From: a virus
Strand: one strand, 5' to 3'
IMG/VR virus record: IMGVR_UViG_3300022555_002641
Span: 1-64,000 of that record
DNA length: 64,000 nt
Shown here: positions 20,172-30,303 of the stretch, piece after piece
Position numbering within the stretch: position 1 is the stretch's first letter
How the letters are laid out: each line of letters starts with the position of its first letter
Position numbers and translations under genes: made by a program
The notes under the pieces: model-generated
Seen by the model: the letters and a program-made list of their open reading frames with translations, nothing else
Database searches by the model: none
What the model was told of the DNA's origin: nothing

Positions 20172-20594
20172 ATGGGGAGAACAGCTATATTTAATCAGAA
20201 AATGAATTTTACGAGAATCATTAGAGTGCCTAAATCTAAGAAAGAATTAAGTACTTTAGAAGTTGATGAAAGTATGATCGATATTAAAAATAAGTTGAAG
20301 AAAAAAGTTATCTGTATTCAAGAAACTGATACCTTAACTTTAGATAAAATTTATAAGATTAATGCAGAATTTGAAAATGCAGAATTTGAATCAGGAAAAT
20401 GTATAATTGTTATTAACGATCAGAATGATACTAAAGGATATGATTCCTCAATTTTTATGTATATCTATGATGGTAATGGTCTGGATTCTCAAATTAAAGA
20501 ACCTATACCAGTAATTTTACCATCAGTTAAAGTTAAAAGTCCTGTTGAATTTAGGGGTAATACATTAAGAACAGGATTTTCACCACAAAAATAA
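20172..20594 (+). CDS. Hypothetical protein carrying a domain paralogous to the C-terminus of the preceding gene
   Basis: VICIQETDTLTLDKIYKINAEF..ESGKCIIVINDQNDTKGYDSSIF aligns with VVCIVIDAQLTLDKVYRVYAQF..SSGSCTIVMNDSGIMQGYDSNFF. Confidence 0.7.
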   Translation: MGRTAIFNQKMNFTRIIRVPKSKKELSTLEVDESMIDIKNKLKKKVICIQETDTLTLDKIYKINAEFENAEFESGKCIIVINDQNDTKGYDSSIFMYIYDGNGLDSQIKEPIPVILPSVKVKSPVEFRGNTLRTGFSPQK

Positions 20595-20603
20595 ATATCA
20601 TAT

Positions 20604-20870
20604 ATGGGTAAAACTGATATACCAAATCAAAATATTACAGTAACACCACCTGAGATTCAAGAACCAAATTTAGGTATCTATAATTTCATTGATGAATCTG
20701 GAAACTTAACCCAGATAAAGAAAAAGCTTAAAAAAAGAGCACCTGTTCCTATTGAAGCTAATCTTGAAGCATTAATATCAGAACCTACGGTTATTGGTGT
20801 TCATGAAACTATTCCTATGGGTTGTGGTGATTTGAATAGTGGGACAGAAATGGCTTATGCTATATACTAA
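20604..20870 (+). CDS. Hypothetical protein
   Basis: 88-aa ORF in the same operon. Confidence 0.5.
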   Translation: MGKTDIPNQNITVTPPEIQEPNLGIYNFIDESGNLTQIKKKLKKRAPVPIEANLEALISEPTVIGVHETIPMGCGDLNSGTEMAYAIY

Positions 20871-21472
20871 AGATCAAACCTATCTAAATGTGCCTTTTTC
20901 CATTCTTCTGGAAAAAATTCTTTAAAATCTTCATCTTTTGGATAATTAAGAATTGCTGCCTCACGCTTTGAATTTAATTCAATACTTTCCATATCATCCG
21001 AATCATAAGAAAATTCACTCCATGTTCCCCTATCTTTTATTGGAGAGACAACATATCCTTCAAACATCATCATATTTTCACCACTCATAACTTCTCCCCC
21101 AGTATATTTAGCAATAACAACATTTACATTAAATGCATTACTAAATTCCATAACATCACCTATAAGCCATTTTGTTTTATATGTAGTATTAATAGCTTCA
21201 ACATATAAATCATTCATGAATTTTTCTATGTTTTTACAAATAGGTTTTTTACCGTAAACATCTTCACGTTCATTCATACAACGAAACCCAACATTTTCAT
21301 AAAAATATAATTTTATGATTTTATTATCTACCTTCAATCCATGAGTCATTAAAAGTATTCGAAGCTGGTCCTCATTTAAATTGTTGGTTAATGATTCAAG
21401 TGTATTTGCCATAAAAGGATCATAATTCTTTCCTTTCAATTTAATTAAACTATCCCGTAAAGAAAATTTCAT
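20867..21472 (-). CDS. Hypothetical protein
   Basis: 201-aa ORF, ATGA-coupled. Confidence 0.65.
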   Translation of the reverse strand: MKFSLRDSLIKLKGKNYDPFMANTLESLTNNLNEDQLRILLMTHGLKVDNKIIKLYFYENVGFRCMNEREDVYGKKPICKNIEKFMNDLYVEAINTTYKTKWLIGDVMEFSNAFNVNVVIAKYTGGEVMSGENMMMFEGYVVSPIKDRGTWSEFSYDSDDMESIELNSKREAAILNYPKDEDFKEFFPEEWKKAHLDRFDL

Positions 21473-21879
21473 GTTAACTTTTTTTTTAAATCTTCAGCTT
21501 GTTTACTTGCATCACCGATACAATCGAATGCTACATCACTGAACTCACCACGTTTTAAAATATCAGCTATCTTTGTCGTTTTTGTTTTATCTTTTCCAAT
21601 TGTGTATAATAAAATATCCTGAATATAAAGATAAATATTCTCCCTTGGATATTTATCACCATGAATAAATTCATCCAAATCAATGGTTTCCATCTCCATG
21701 GTTCCATCCTTTAAAATAACGTTAACAACCATCAACTGATCATAAGTTAGTTCCTCATAAATATTCCTATGATCTGATATGTTAATTCCATCATGCATTA
21801 TACCATCTGGATCAACTAAAAATAAAAAAAATTTATCTTCAACAGCTTTTATTCTTGCAACTACACCATCATATTTCAT
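21469..21879 (-). CDS. Hypothetical protein
   Basis: 136-aa ORF, ATGA-coupled. Confidence 0.65.
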   Translation of the reverse strand: MKYDGVVARIKAVEDKFFLFLVDPDGIMHDGINISDHRNIYEELTYDQLMVVNVILKDGTMEMETIDLDEFIHGDKYPRENIYLYIQDILLYTIGKDKTKTTKIADILKRGEFSDVAFDCIGDASKQAEDLKKKLT

Positions 21880-22085
21880 TTTTCATCTATTTTATTTAAT
21901 CTTCGAAGTTTTAAGTATCTATTAACTTTTTTATTCCGTTTCAATTCTTCCCAATTTAAATCCATTCCATTTATATTAACATAAGTTGGGGAAGTATTAA
22001 TTATAAATTCAACTAATGCTATACGACCAATTAAAGTTATTCTTTTAGGTGGAGTGCCATTGTTTGCATAAATTACATTAAACAT
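21876..22085 (-). CDS. Small hypothetical protein with C-terminal RxxKLxxL tag
   Basis: Ends NRYLKLRRLNKIDEK. Confidence 0.6.
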   Translation of the reverse strand: MFNVIYANNGTPPKRITLIGRIALVEFIINTSPTYVNINGMDLNWEELKRNKKVNRYLKLRRLNKIDEK

Positions 22086-22137
22086 AATACAGAACCCTTG
22101 ATTTTAATTATATATATTAAAAATATAGGTTTGTTTT

Positions 22138-22845
22138 ATGTTTATAGGAATAGATGTATCTAAATTATCAACTGCCATGTGCATTGGTGATAAACTTTTC
22201 AGTTACAGTACAGAAAAACCAAACAATAAATGGGTTAAAGACACCAAAGACTTCATCAATTTTCGTTATTTGGAATATAAGTATAAAAGTATCGAAGATT
22301 ATAGTAAACGTGAAATTTCTAAATTCTTAGAATTTGAAGATGTTACTGATCTTATCATTAATGATATAATGAACAATATTAAAATATTAGACACAACACA
22401 TATAGCCATAGAAGGTTACTCATATTCGTCCGATACAGGTCATATAATCGATCTGGTTGAATTCGCATCACTACTAAAGCATAAGATACTTAAACAAATA
22501 CAAGGTTACTCAAGAGTCACTATAATATCACCATTGGCTTTAAAATCTAAATCATGTGAATTAGTTTATCCACCAAAAATAGAACTCATCGGAAAAAGAG
22601 TTATCAAAGAAAAAATCACTATAGTTGGTCCAACAGGAAAACTTGGAAAGGATTTTGATAAATGGGATATGTTTCACTGCTTTCTGGATAGCAATATCTC
22701 ATCACAACTAAAAGATTATCTGGTATTTAACAAAGAAATTATTACTGTATTAAAGAAGCTTCCAAAGCCTTTTGATGACTTAATAGATAGCATTTTTCTA
22801 AAAAATGTATGTAACTCATTGATATTCAATGAAAAAGCCGAATAG
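22138..22845 (+). CDS. RuvC-like Holliday junction resolvase
   Basis: N-terminal FIGIDVS, central IAIEGYSY, C-terminal DDLIDS acidic motifs. Confidence 0.75.
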   Translation: MFIGIDVSKLSTAMCIGDKLFSYSTEKPNNKWVKDTKDFINFRYLEYKYKSIEDYSKREISKFLEFEDVTDLIINDIMNNIKILDTTHIAIEGYSYSSDTGHIIDLVEFASLLKHKILKQIQGYSRVTIISPLALKSKSCELVYPPKIELIGKRVIKEKITIVGPTGKLGKDFDKWDMFHCFLDSNISSQLKDYLVFNKEIITVLKKLPKPFDDLIDSIFLKNVCNSLIFNEKAE

Positions 22846-22872
22846 TTTATTATTATATATATATGTATTTAT

Positions 22873-22914
22873 ATCTTGCATGTTTTTTAAGTGGTTAATC
22901 TTGCATGTTTTTTA
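22873..22914. repeat. 17-bp perfect direct repeat ATCTTGCATGTTTTTTA x2
   Basis: Copies at 22873-22889 and 22898-22914, intergenic. Confidence 0.9.
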
Positions 22915-22962
22915 GAATAGAAATTTAGAAATTAATATATAGAAAAAATCAGATATAATTGA

Positions 22963-23910
22963 ATGGGAGAACATCAAGAAAATTTGTTTCAGTATAATAC
23001 TTCACGAAGCTCAGGAGGATTTGAGGATGGTAAAGAATATAAGTTTAACAATAAAGAAATAATGGTTTATGGTCCTAAAGTGGATTGGGTTAAAAAAATA
23101 AATGAAGCAAAAGATGTAGTTGATCCTGATATTATACCAAATCTTCCAATAAATAAGCCAGTGAAGTTCGATATACAAAAGATGATAACTGCTATTGAGT
23201 ATGGGCTGGTTATTTTGATTAACTATAGGGGGGATGAAGATAAATGGCGTGGAGGTAGGGAAAGAACCATTCAACCCATGGTACTTGGTAGGAATGCAAA
23301 CACAAAAAATATGTTAGTTCGTGGTTGGCATTTAGAAGGGTGGTCTGTATCACAGAAAGCTGAAACTAAAAAAATCTGGAGATTATTTAAAACAGATAAT
23401 ATCATGTCTATGATGTTTACTGGAAATTTTTTCAGGTTACCACCGAAGGGTTATAAGATGAACGATAGATTAATGACCGAAACTATTTTAGCAAGAGCAG
23501 ACTTCAATGTAATCAGGAAGAATCAAAATAAGCTTTTACAAGCTGGTAAAATTCAAAGTGAAGAAGAAACAACCCTTGGTAGCCAGTCATCAACATATAC
23601 CCCAACAATTGAAATTTCGAATACTAATTCAAATTTAGACTTGAAAAACCCATATGAAAATACGATCTTGAAGAAAAAAGATGATGCTATCACAAAAGTA
23701 TCTCTTATGCGTAGTGTGTTTGGTAGGGATTACATTGCGATTTTAGGTGCTATAGGAACGATAGGAAGGACCGTCAAAATTTTTGATGGTAAGGTTATGA
23801 TCGGTAATTACAAGACGATTAAAGCCTTCCTTGGTACCGATTTTAAGGATAATAAGATCGTAGATGGACAAACAGACTTCAAGCTTTACGTATTCAATAG
23901 AAAAATGTAA
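22963..23910 (+). CDS. WYL-domain protein
   Basis: ILINYRG..RERTIQPMVLG..LVRGW..WRLFKTDNI matches the WYL pattern (Y..R.I.P..L..W..R.F..DRI). Confidence 0.7.
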   Translation: MGEHQENLFQYNTSRSSGGFEDGKEYKFNNKEIMVYGPKVDWVKKINEAKDVVDPDIIPNLPINKPVKFDIQKMITAIEYGLVILINYRGDEDKWRGGRERTIQPMVLGRNANTKNMLVRGWHLEGWSVSQKAETKKIWRLFKTDNIMSMMFTGNFFRLPPKGYKMNDRLMTETILARADFNVIRKNQNKLLQAGKIQSEEETTLGSQSSTYTPTIEISNTNSNLDLKNPYENTILKKKDDAITKVSLMRSVFGRDYIAILGAIGTIGRTVKIFDGKVMIGNYKTIKAFLGTDFKDNKIVDGQTDFKLYVFNRKM

Positions 23911-23911
23911 T

Positions 23912-24175
23912 ATGGGTAATTTTCAGAATGATTATAGGAGATTAACACGAATACTTGCTATTGTTGAGGATTACAATAGAATTCGTAATATGGGCGCAGA
24001 AGAAGACCTTAAGGAGATTAGAACTCGCCTCGAAAGTTTAGAAAAAATCACCGACAATGAAAAATTGACAGCAGATTTTATCTGGTGTACAAAAATGTTG
24101 GACAGTTACTTCGGACTAATTGAAAAAGGATTTAAAGAATGGTGGGAAGAACAAAGGCAAAAAGAATTTACTTGA
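23912..24175 (+). CDS. Hypothetical protein
   Basis: ATG 23912 immediately after the WYL gene stop. Confidence 0.55.
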   Translation: MGNFQNDYRRLTRILAIVEDYNRIRNMGAEEDLKEIRTRLESLEKITDNEKLTADFIWCTKMLDSYFGLIEKGFKEWWEEQRQKEFT

Positions 24176-24770
24176 TTCCCCTATCTTTTTTTATCATAGA
24201 ATAATATTCATTAAGTTTTTTGAAATTTCTTTCAGCCGCAGCCTTTTCACGAATAGAACCATTATTCCATTTATCTGGATGATATTTATTAGCCAATTCT
24301 CTGTAACGTTTTTTGATTGTATCCTCAGTATCGGAAGGAGTTAATTTTAAAACCCGATAAGCATCTGCCATTGGTATTACAAATCTTCTGGGTGGCGGTG
24401 GTGCCTTATGTGTTTGTGCATAAATAGTAGATGGATCAATGCCGTGTTTTTTTAAAAGATCGTTTAGAACATCTTCGAACAAGCTATTCACATCGAAATT
24501 TGGATCATTTTTCATTTTATTATATTTTTTATAGAAATCATTACTGGATTTTTTATAATCTTCCAGCTCCAATCTTTTTATTTCGTTTGAACTTTTAATG
24601 ACCTTATAAAAAAATCTGAGTTCAAAAAACAAAAAGAAGCTGAACCAGACCCAAATATGAGGAATAGATAAACTTAAAACGTAAAACATAGTAGGTGTGG
24701 TAATAAATAGTCCTAAAACATTTCTACTCTTAACCTTCCGTTGTTTTTTTATTTCTTCGACTATATTCAT
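24168..24770 (-). CDS. Membrane-anchored DnaJ (J-domain) protein
   Basis: Two N-terminal hydrophobic segments; C-terminal AYRVL..IKKRYRELANKYHPDK..FKKLNEYY. Confidence 0.85.
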   Translation of the reverse strand: MNIVEEIKKQRKVKSRNVLGLFITTPTMFYVLSLSIPHIWVWFSFFLFFELRFFYKVIKSSNEIKRLELEDYKKSSNDFYKKYNKMKNDPNFDVNSLFEDVLNDLLKKHGIDPSTIYAQTHKAPPPPRRFVIPMADAYRVLKLTPSDTEDTIKKRYRELANKYHPDKWNNGSIREKAAAERNFKKLNEYYSMIKKDRGIK

Positions 24771-24787
24771 AAAAATATTATTTTGCA

Positions 24788-24795
24788 CAAAGATA
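24788..24795 (-). promoter_or_regulatory. Bacteroidota sigma70-type -7 box TATCTTTG
   Basis: Matches TAnnTTTG upstream of the J-domain gene. Confidence 0.55.
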
Positions 24796-24849
24796 AAAAA
24801 AACTTTTGAGAAAAAAGATTATAAAATACATAAAAATCAATAGATTTAA

Positions 24850-27800
24850 ATGATTCGAATTGCACATTTAGCAGATATACATATACGTAATGCGGAACGA
24901 CATGATGAATATAAGATAATATTTAAAAATATAATACTTAAACTCAGAGAGTTAAAACCTGATTACATTATTATTGCTGGTGACTTATTTGAAAATTATA
25001 TTGAAATTTCCAATGAAGCTAAGATTATATCAGGTGAATTACTTAATGCATTAGCTAATATTTGTACTGTGATTTTAATAAAAGGTAATCACGACATTAG
25101 AAAAAAGAATATCAATAGGATAGATAGTATACAGGCTGTTGTCAGATTGATCAAAAACCCCAACGTTATTTATTATTCAAAGACTGGACATTATCCAGAT
25201 GCTAAGACCAGCAATTTAAATTGGGTTGTTTATGATCATGTTGATAAAATAACTAATCCATGGGATGGTGTTGATAAAGACCCGAATAAAATTTACATTG
25301 GTCTTTATCACGATCCAGTTTTGAATTCAACCAATGATGACGGTAAAGTATTTAATGAAAAGCACCGAAGAAGTATTGAATATTTTGACTTGAACGATTA
25401 CTTATTTTTGGGGGATATTCATAAAAGACAGTTTTGTAGGGCAAATCGAACCGCTGCATATTCAGGATCAGTCATACAGCAGGACCATGGTGAGAAAGTT
25501 GAACACCATGGATTTTTACTGTGGGATATTGAGGATTCAACTAAATTTCAAGTTAAAGCGTATGATTTTAAAAATGAACATACTTTCATAAATTTTCATT
25601 TGGATGGTAAAATTGATTATGACAATTTAAATCTAACCGCTACAAACGTTGGTTCCAACCCAGAGATCGCAATTCATTGGAAGGATTATAGTTCCAATAT
25701 GAATACTGTTAATGAACAGAAAATTCGTGATTATATTCGGAATAAATATAATACTACCAAAATAAAATTTGATAAAATATTTATTTATACTGATATCATA
25801 TCATCAAAAATGATTTCAGAAACTCTGGATATGTCTGATTCTAAAATTATAAGAAGTATTTTTCAAGAATATCTTGAAGAACAGAAATATTCATCAGATG
25901 ACATTGAAGAAATATTAAAGATTGATGATATTATCACAAATAGAATGAATATTGTTTCCTACAAAACTAATATCGAATGGGAAATTGAAAAGTTTTGGTT
26001 CAGTAATTTCAGGTCATATGGTGACGATAATGAAATACCTTGGAAGGATGTAGATGGTATTATTCAGATTCATGGTGAAAATCAGCAGGGAAAAAGCACT
26101 ATACTTGATGCTATAACTTATATTTTATACGGGACAATTCTTACCGCACAAAAAGAAAAATTTGGTGATAAAAGATATATTAATAATAAACGAATTCTGG
26201 ATTCGTGTTTGGCTGGTGCCGTTATAAATGCAAATGGCGAAAAATTTGTCATTCAAAGAAAAACAACTATCGAAAGAAATAAGCTTGGAGTTATTACCGC
26301 AAGTCCAACGGTACTTGATTTTTATAACGATGAGGTAATATCTGATGATAATATACTGAATGAAGAACAACGTAATCAAACTCAGACCAAATTAAATTCA
26401 ATTCTTGGCGATTTTAAAGACTTTGTTAGATTATCATTTACAAATGCTGACAATTTAAATGAACTCCTTTCAACTGATAGGAGTGTATTTATTGATAGTA
26501 TTATAAGAGATGCTGGATATGATGTATTTGAAAAAAAGCTAAAAGAGTTGAGTGAATATAAGAAAGAAATTAAGGAAGAAAAGCTTACTGTTAATTTGCA
26601 AGATATTCAGGATAATATTAGGTCTCTTCACGATGAAGTCGATGCTAATGATATTTTATTGCAAGAAAAAAATGATTATGTACTTGAATATGAAAAAATA
26701 CTTAGCAAAAAGAATAAAAATCGTGATCAGTTAAATAAAAGACTTCATAGGATTGATGAATCATTAATTAATTTCAACGCATCAGATTACACCGAAACTA
26801 TCAAAAATTACGAAACAAAAATTAATGATTCAAAGATTCAAATAGCAATTTTTGATAAAGAAATTTCATCATTACCAAGCAAGTTTGAGCTTAATAAATT
26901 GAATATTTTAAAAACTCAACTCAAAGAAGCTAATGATAATATCATGTCTAAGAAGGAAGAAATTCTCAAGGTTAGAAATTCGGCTATTGAGCTGGATTCT
27001 AAAAAAGATAAATTTATTGATAAAATCAATGAACTGAAGGACCGTGAAATTCAAAAAAATAAAGATGCAATAACTGAAAAAGAAATTAGTATTTCAAGAA
27101 TAAAGAATGAAAAAGAAAAGATACTCAACACCAAACTGAACGATATTCTTGAGCAACTTAGAAGTGCTGATATAAATAAGAATGATATTTCTAACCAAAT
27201 GAAGCTATTACAGAAGGATGGTGCAGTATTAAAAAATGAAAATGAAGATATTGATAAAAAAATATTAGAATTAAAAAATACCGATTCCTGTCCGTTATGT
27301 AAACGACCATATGATAAAAATTCTCCTCATCAGGATCACAATGAGCAAATAAAATTATTATTAAGCAAGCAAGAGGAAAATAAACTTAAACTTAATTCTT
27401 TAATTTCTGATTATAATAAATTGAAGATTAAATTACAGGAGCTGGAAGTTAATGGTAATAGATTAAGTTCAATGAAGGATGATTTTAAAAATGAAGTTTA
27501 TAGCGATGATTTATTGGTTCAAATAAACAATTTGGGTGATACTAAATTACTTCAATCTGAAATAATAAAATTAAAAAGCGCAATAGATAATGTTAAAAAC
27601 GAAATATACTCAGATACACTTCAAACTGAAATTAATAGGGGGCTTGACGCTATAAAAACCGTTGAAAAAAATAAAGAAAATACAATTCAGGTAATAAAGA
27701 ATATTGAAAATGAAATAAAGAATTTAAATATTGAAAGCATTGAAGATGACATTTCAATAGAAGAGAAAATTAAAGAAAACTATGATCTTAGAAAGCATAA

Positions 27801-28581
27801 GTCTTCGTTGAAAGAAAATTTATTACTGAATATTGATAAGTTCGATCTAATGATTAAGGAGTCTCAGGGAATGCTTGATAAATATAAAGAAATTCAAGCA
27901 CAAATTGAAGAAAATATCAAAACTGAAATTGATATTGCGCTTATTGATTCTGAAATTTTACTTGAGATAGAAAAATCTAAAAATATAGGAACTGAAATAA
28001 TAGACATTGAAAAAGCAAATATATTAAAACAGAAGGATATTGATTTGTTATCGATAAAATTGGAGAAGTATCTTAAGCAAAAAAGAAAGAATGAACTTTT
28101 CAAAGAATACCAGAATTGTATATCAAGAGATGGTATTCCTACATTTCTATTAAGAAAATCTATACATATTATAAATAGGGAGTTGAATTCTTTATTGTCT
28201 AATGTAGATTTCACATTACATTTCGATGAGAACTTATTGTTAAAATTAAGTCCAGATATCAGGTTGGATATAAGCCAGAATGCAATTGAATCAAGTGGAA
28301 AAGAAAGAACCTTTTGTGCATTAGCTTTAAAAATGGCTCTGCGGCAGATTAATGTAAAATCGAAGCCCAATTTTATAGTTCTTGATGAAATAACTGGAAA
28401 ATTGATTGAAGGTAATGTTCACAATTCGATTCAGGAATTTACGGATTTCTTAGACGTAATGAAAACAAAATTAAAAAAGATTATAATAATAGAACATATT
28501 AACCCTATAAATTTCGATGGGATTATTGAAGTTAATAAGGATGAGCAAACTTTAGTATCAAGTTTGGTTTGTAATTTTTGA
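24850..28581 (+). CDS. SbcD(Mre11)-SbcC(Rad50) fusion nuclease/ATPase (gp47-gp46-like)
   Basis: ADIH, AGDLF, GNHD, LGDIH phosphoesterase motifs; Walker A GENQQGKS; coiled coil with CPLC zinc hook; SSGKE signature; IVLDE Walker B; IEH. Confidence 0.9.
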   Translation: MIRIAHLADIHIRNAERHDEYKIIFKNIILKLRELKPDYIIIAGDLFENYIEISNEAKIISGELLNALANICTVILIKGNHDIRKKNINRIDSIQAVVRLIKNPNVIYYSKTGHYPDAKTSNLNWVVYDHVDKITNPWDGVDKDPNKIYIGLYHDPVLNSTNDDGKVFNEKHRRSIEYFDLNDYLFLGDIHKRQFCRANRTAAYSGSVIQQDHGEKVEHHGFLLWDIEDSTKFQVKAYDFKNEHTFINFHLDGKIDYDNLNLTATNVGSNPEIAIHWKDYSSNMNTVNEQKIRDYIRNKYNTTKIKFDKIFIYTDIISSKMISETLDMSDSKIIRSIFQEYLEEQKYSSDDIEEILKIDDIITNRMNIVSYKTNIEWEIEKFWFSNFRSYGDDNEIPWKDVDGIIQIHGENQQGKSTILDAITYILYGTILTAQKEKFGDKRYINNKRILDSCLAGAVINANGEKFVIQRKTTIERNKLGVITASPTVLDFYNDEVISDDNILNEEQRNQTQTKLNSILGDFKDFVRLSFTNADNLNELLSTDRSVFIDSIIRDAGYDVFEKKLKELSEYKKEIKEEKLTVNLQDIQDNIRSLHDEVDANDILLQEKNDYVLEYEKILSKKNKNRDQLNKRLHRIDESLINFNASDYTETIKNYETKINDSKIQIAIFDKEISSLPSKFELNKLNILKTQLKEANDNIMSKKEEILKVRNSAIELDSKKDKFIDKINELKDREIQKNKDAITEKEISISRIKNEKEKILNTKLNDILEQLRSADINKNDISNQMKLLQKDGAVLKNENEDIDKKILELKNTDSCPLCKRPYDKNSPHQDHNEQIKLLLSKQEENKLKLNSLISDYNKLKIKLQELEVNGNRLSSMKDDFKNEVYSDDLLVQINNLGDTKLLQSEIIKLKSAIDNVKNEIYSDTLQTEINRGLDAIKTVEKNKENTIQVIKNIENEIKNLNIESIEDDISIEEKIKENYDLRKHKSSLKENLLLNIDKFDLMIKESQGMLDKYKEIQAQIEENIKTEIDIALIDSEILLEIEKSKNIGTEIIDIEKANILKQKDIDLLSIKLEKYLKQKRKNELFKEYQNCISRDGIPTFLLRKSIHIINRELNSLLSNVDFTLHFDENLLLKLSPDIRLDISQNAIESSGKERTFCALALKMALRQINVKSKPNFIVLDEITGKLIEGNVHNSIQEFTDFLDVMKTKLKKIIIIEHINPINFDGIIEVNKDEQTLVSSLVCNF

Positions 28582-28606
28582 TACTACCAAAAAAAATCGT
28601 ACATTT

Positions 28607-28831
28607 GTGGGAGCAATTAAAGTAATACGAAGTGATGAGGGTAAGCCATACATCTGTTTAGAAGATTTAATAGGTGAGTTAGAGACAGTTAAGAAGAATA
28701 TTGAGGAAGAAGGGGATGATGAAATTGATCGTACAGATTTTTTAAATGTCGTATTACGAACACTCCACTCCATGGAAGAGGAGTACTATACGAAAGTTTT
28801 AATAAAAAAGAAACCTGACGATGAAAAATAA
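28607..28831 (+). CDS. Hypothetical protein
   Basis: 74-aa ORF, GTG start. Confidence 0.55.
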   Translation: MGAIKVIRSDEGKPYICLEDLIGELETVKKNIEEEGDDEIDRTDFLNVVLRTLHSMEEEYYTKVLIKKKPDDEK

Positions 28832-28860
28832 AAATATTAGGATTATATGAAGTAATATAT

Positions 28861-28868
28861 TATCTTTG
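28861..28868 (+). promoter_or_regulatory. Bacteroidota -7 box TATCTTTG
   Basis: 30 nt upstream of the M16 peptidase ATG. Confidence 0.6.
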
Positions 28869-28898
28869 CCACAATCCATAAAAACTAAAACTCAAACT

Positions 28899-30146
28899 AT
28901 GATAATAAATTTAGAAAAGAACTTAGATATAAACGGATTTCATGCTGAAATGAAACAACGAGGTGTTCATTTTTTCAAGGAACCAGAGCCCACAAATGTT
29001 GCAAATGAAATTGCATTATCAGGATTTTACATCATGTTTGATGGTTCGACCGTAAATGAAAAACCAAACTGGTTTGGTATATCGCATCTCATGGAACATT
29101 TGGTTTGCAAGAGTATTGATCATTTAATGGACACTTTCCAAACATTTGATATCCAATGGAACGCATACACATCAAATACGGAAGTTGTGTTTTACATGAC
29201 AGGGTTGGACCGTTATGTTAATGAATATAAAGAAGCTTTTCTCAAGTTCATTTTAAGTTACAACCTAACCGATGAGCAGCTTCAGAATGAAAAGAAGATT
29301 GTTTTGGAAGAATATAAAGATGCTTTTAATTCCCAAAACGAAGCACATTATCTGAATTTGATCAGAAAGAAATTTGGTTATTACACCGCAATTGGATTAC
29401 GAAGTGATATTGAAAATTTCACATTTGATGATTGTCAGGAATATCTTGATCGATTTTTCAGAAATCCAACAAAGATCATTAACGTTTCAAAATTCAATCC
29501 ATTTCAAAATAACGATATTAAATTTTTACCGCCAGTTAAGACAGTGCCATTCACACTTGCAGATGATGTTGACATTTTTAAAATAACATCAGACGATAAA
29601 ACTTCTGTACCAGAATTTCATCTACCAATTGAAACAATAAACAATTTTAAGAATAAATCTTCTATCATCAATATGTCACCAATCATTACTGAAAAATTTG
29701 CAGAAGTAAGTTTTTTATGTGCAATGCTTGGCAGCGGTCTGAATTCACCTTTATATAAAGAGGTGAGGGAAAAACTTGGACTTGTATATTACATTCAATG
29801 CTTCAATGATCGGATGAATAATATATCATCAGTTATTTTGATTTCAACTGAAACGTCCAATAAAAATGTTAAAACTGTTCAAAAACAAATTAGGTATGTT
29901 CTGGATAATAAGGAAAAGTTTTTAACTCAGGAAAGATTTCAGGTTATCAAAGACAACTTCAAAGCAAGGTTTGAAAAAGCCGAAATTTTAAACTATACCA
30001 ATATTAAGAAGTATCTTGATAGTGATGAATGGCTGGTTGAAAAAATTATTGACACTATTACTCTTCAGGATGTTTACGACTTGGTTGATAAACATTTGCA
30101 ATGGAAGATTATTTACAAATCAATTGATAAAACAGAATTTAAATGA
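28899..30146 (+). CDS. M16 (insulinase/pitrilysin) family zinc peptidase
   Basis: GISHLMEHL (HxxEH), WNAYTS, EKKIVLEE, LYKEVREKLGLVY. Confidence 0.9.
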   Translation: MIINLEKNLDINGFHAEMKQRGVHFFKEPEPTNVANEIALSGFYIMFDGSTVNEKPNWFGISHLMEHLVCKSIDHLMDTFQTFDIQWNAYTSNTEVVFYMTGLDRYVNEYKEAFLKFILSYNLTDEQLQNEKKIVLEEYKDAFNSQNEAHYLNLIRKKFGYYTAIGLRSDIENFTFDDCQEYLDRFFRNPTKIINVSKFNPFQNNDIKFLPPVKTVPFTLADDVDIFKITSDDKTSVPEFHLPIETINNFKNKSSIINMSPIITEKFAEVSFLCAMLGSGLNSPLYKEVREKLGLVYYIQCFNDRMNNISSVILISTETSNKNVKTVQKQIRYVLDNKEKFLTQERFQVIKDNFKARFEKAEILNYTNIKKYLDSDEWLVEKIIDTITLQDVYDLVDKHLQWKIIYKSIDKTEFK

Positions 30147-30210
30147 ACTACTACTACACTAAAGATGTAGTAGTTTCTACGCCACAAGCACAATGTCTTT
30201 GACGGGCTCT
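30143..30210 (-). mobile_element. Orphan IS200/IS605 right-end / omega-RNA 3' scaffold copy
   Basis: Reverse complement of 30143-30196 matches 54448-54500 except for a compensatory pair change. Confidence 0.8.
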
Positions 30211-30303
30211 ATAAAAAAGGCGTATAAATTTTTTTATTGTAGAAATAATGTTTAATTTTGTAATTAATAAATATAGTATCACACAATATTAAAAATATCC
30301 CAT

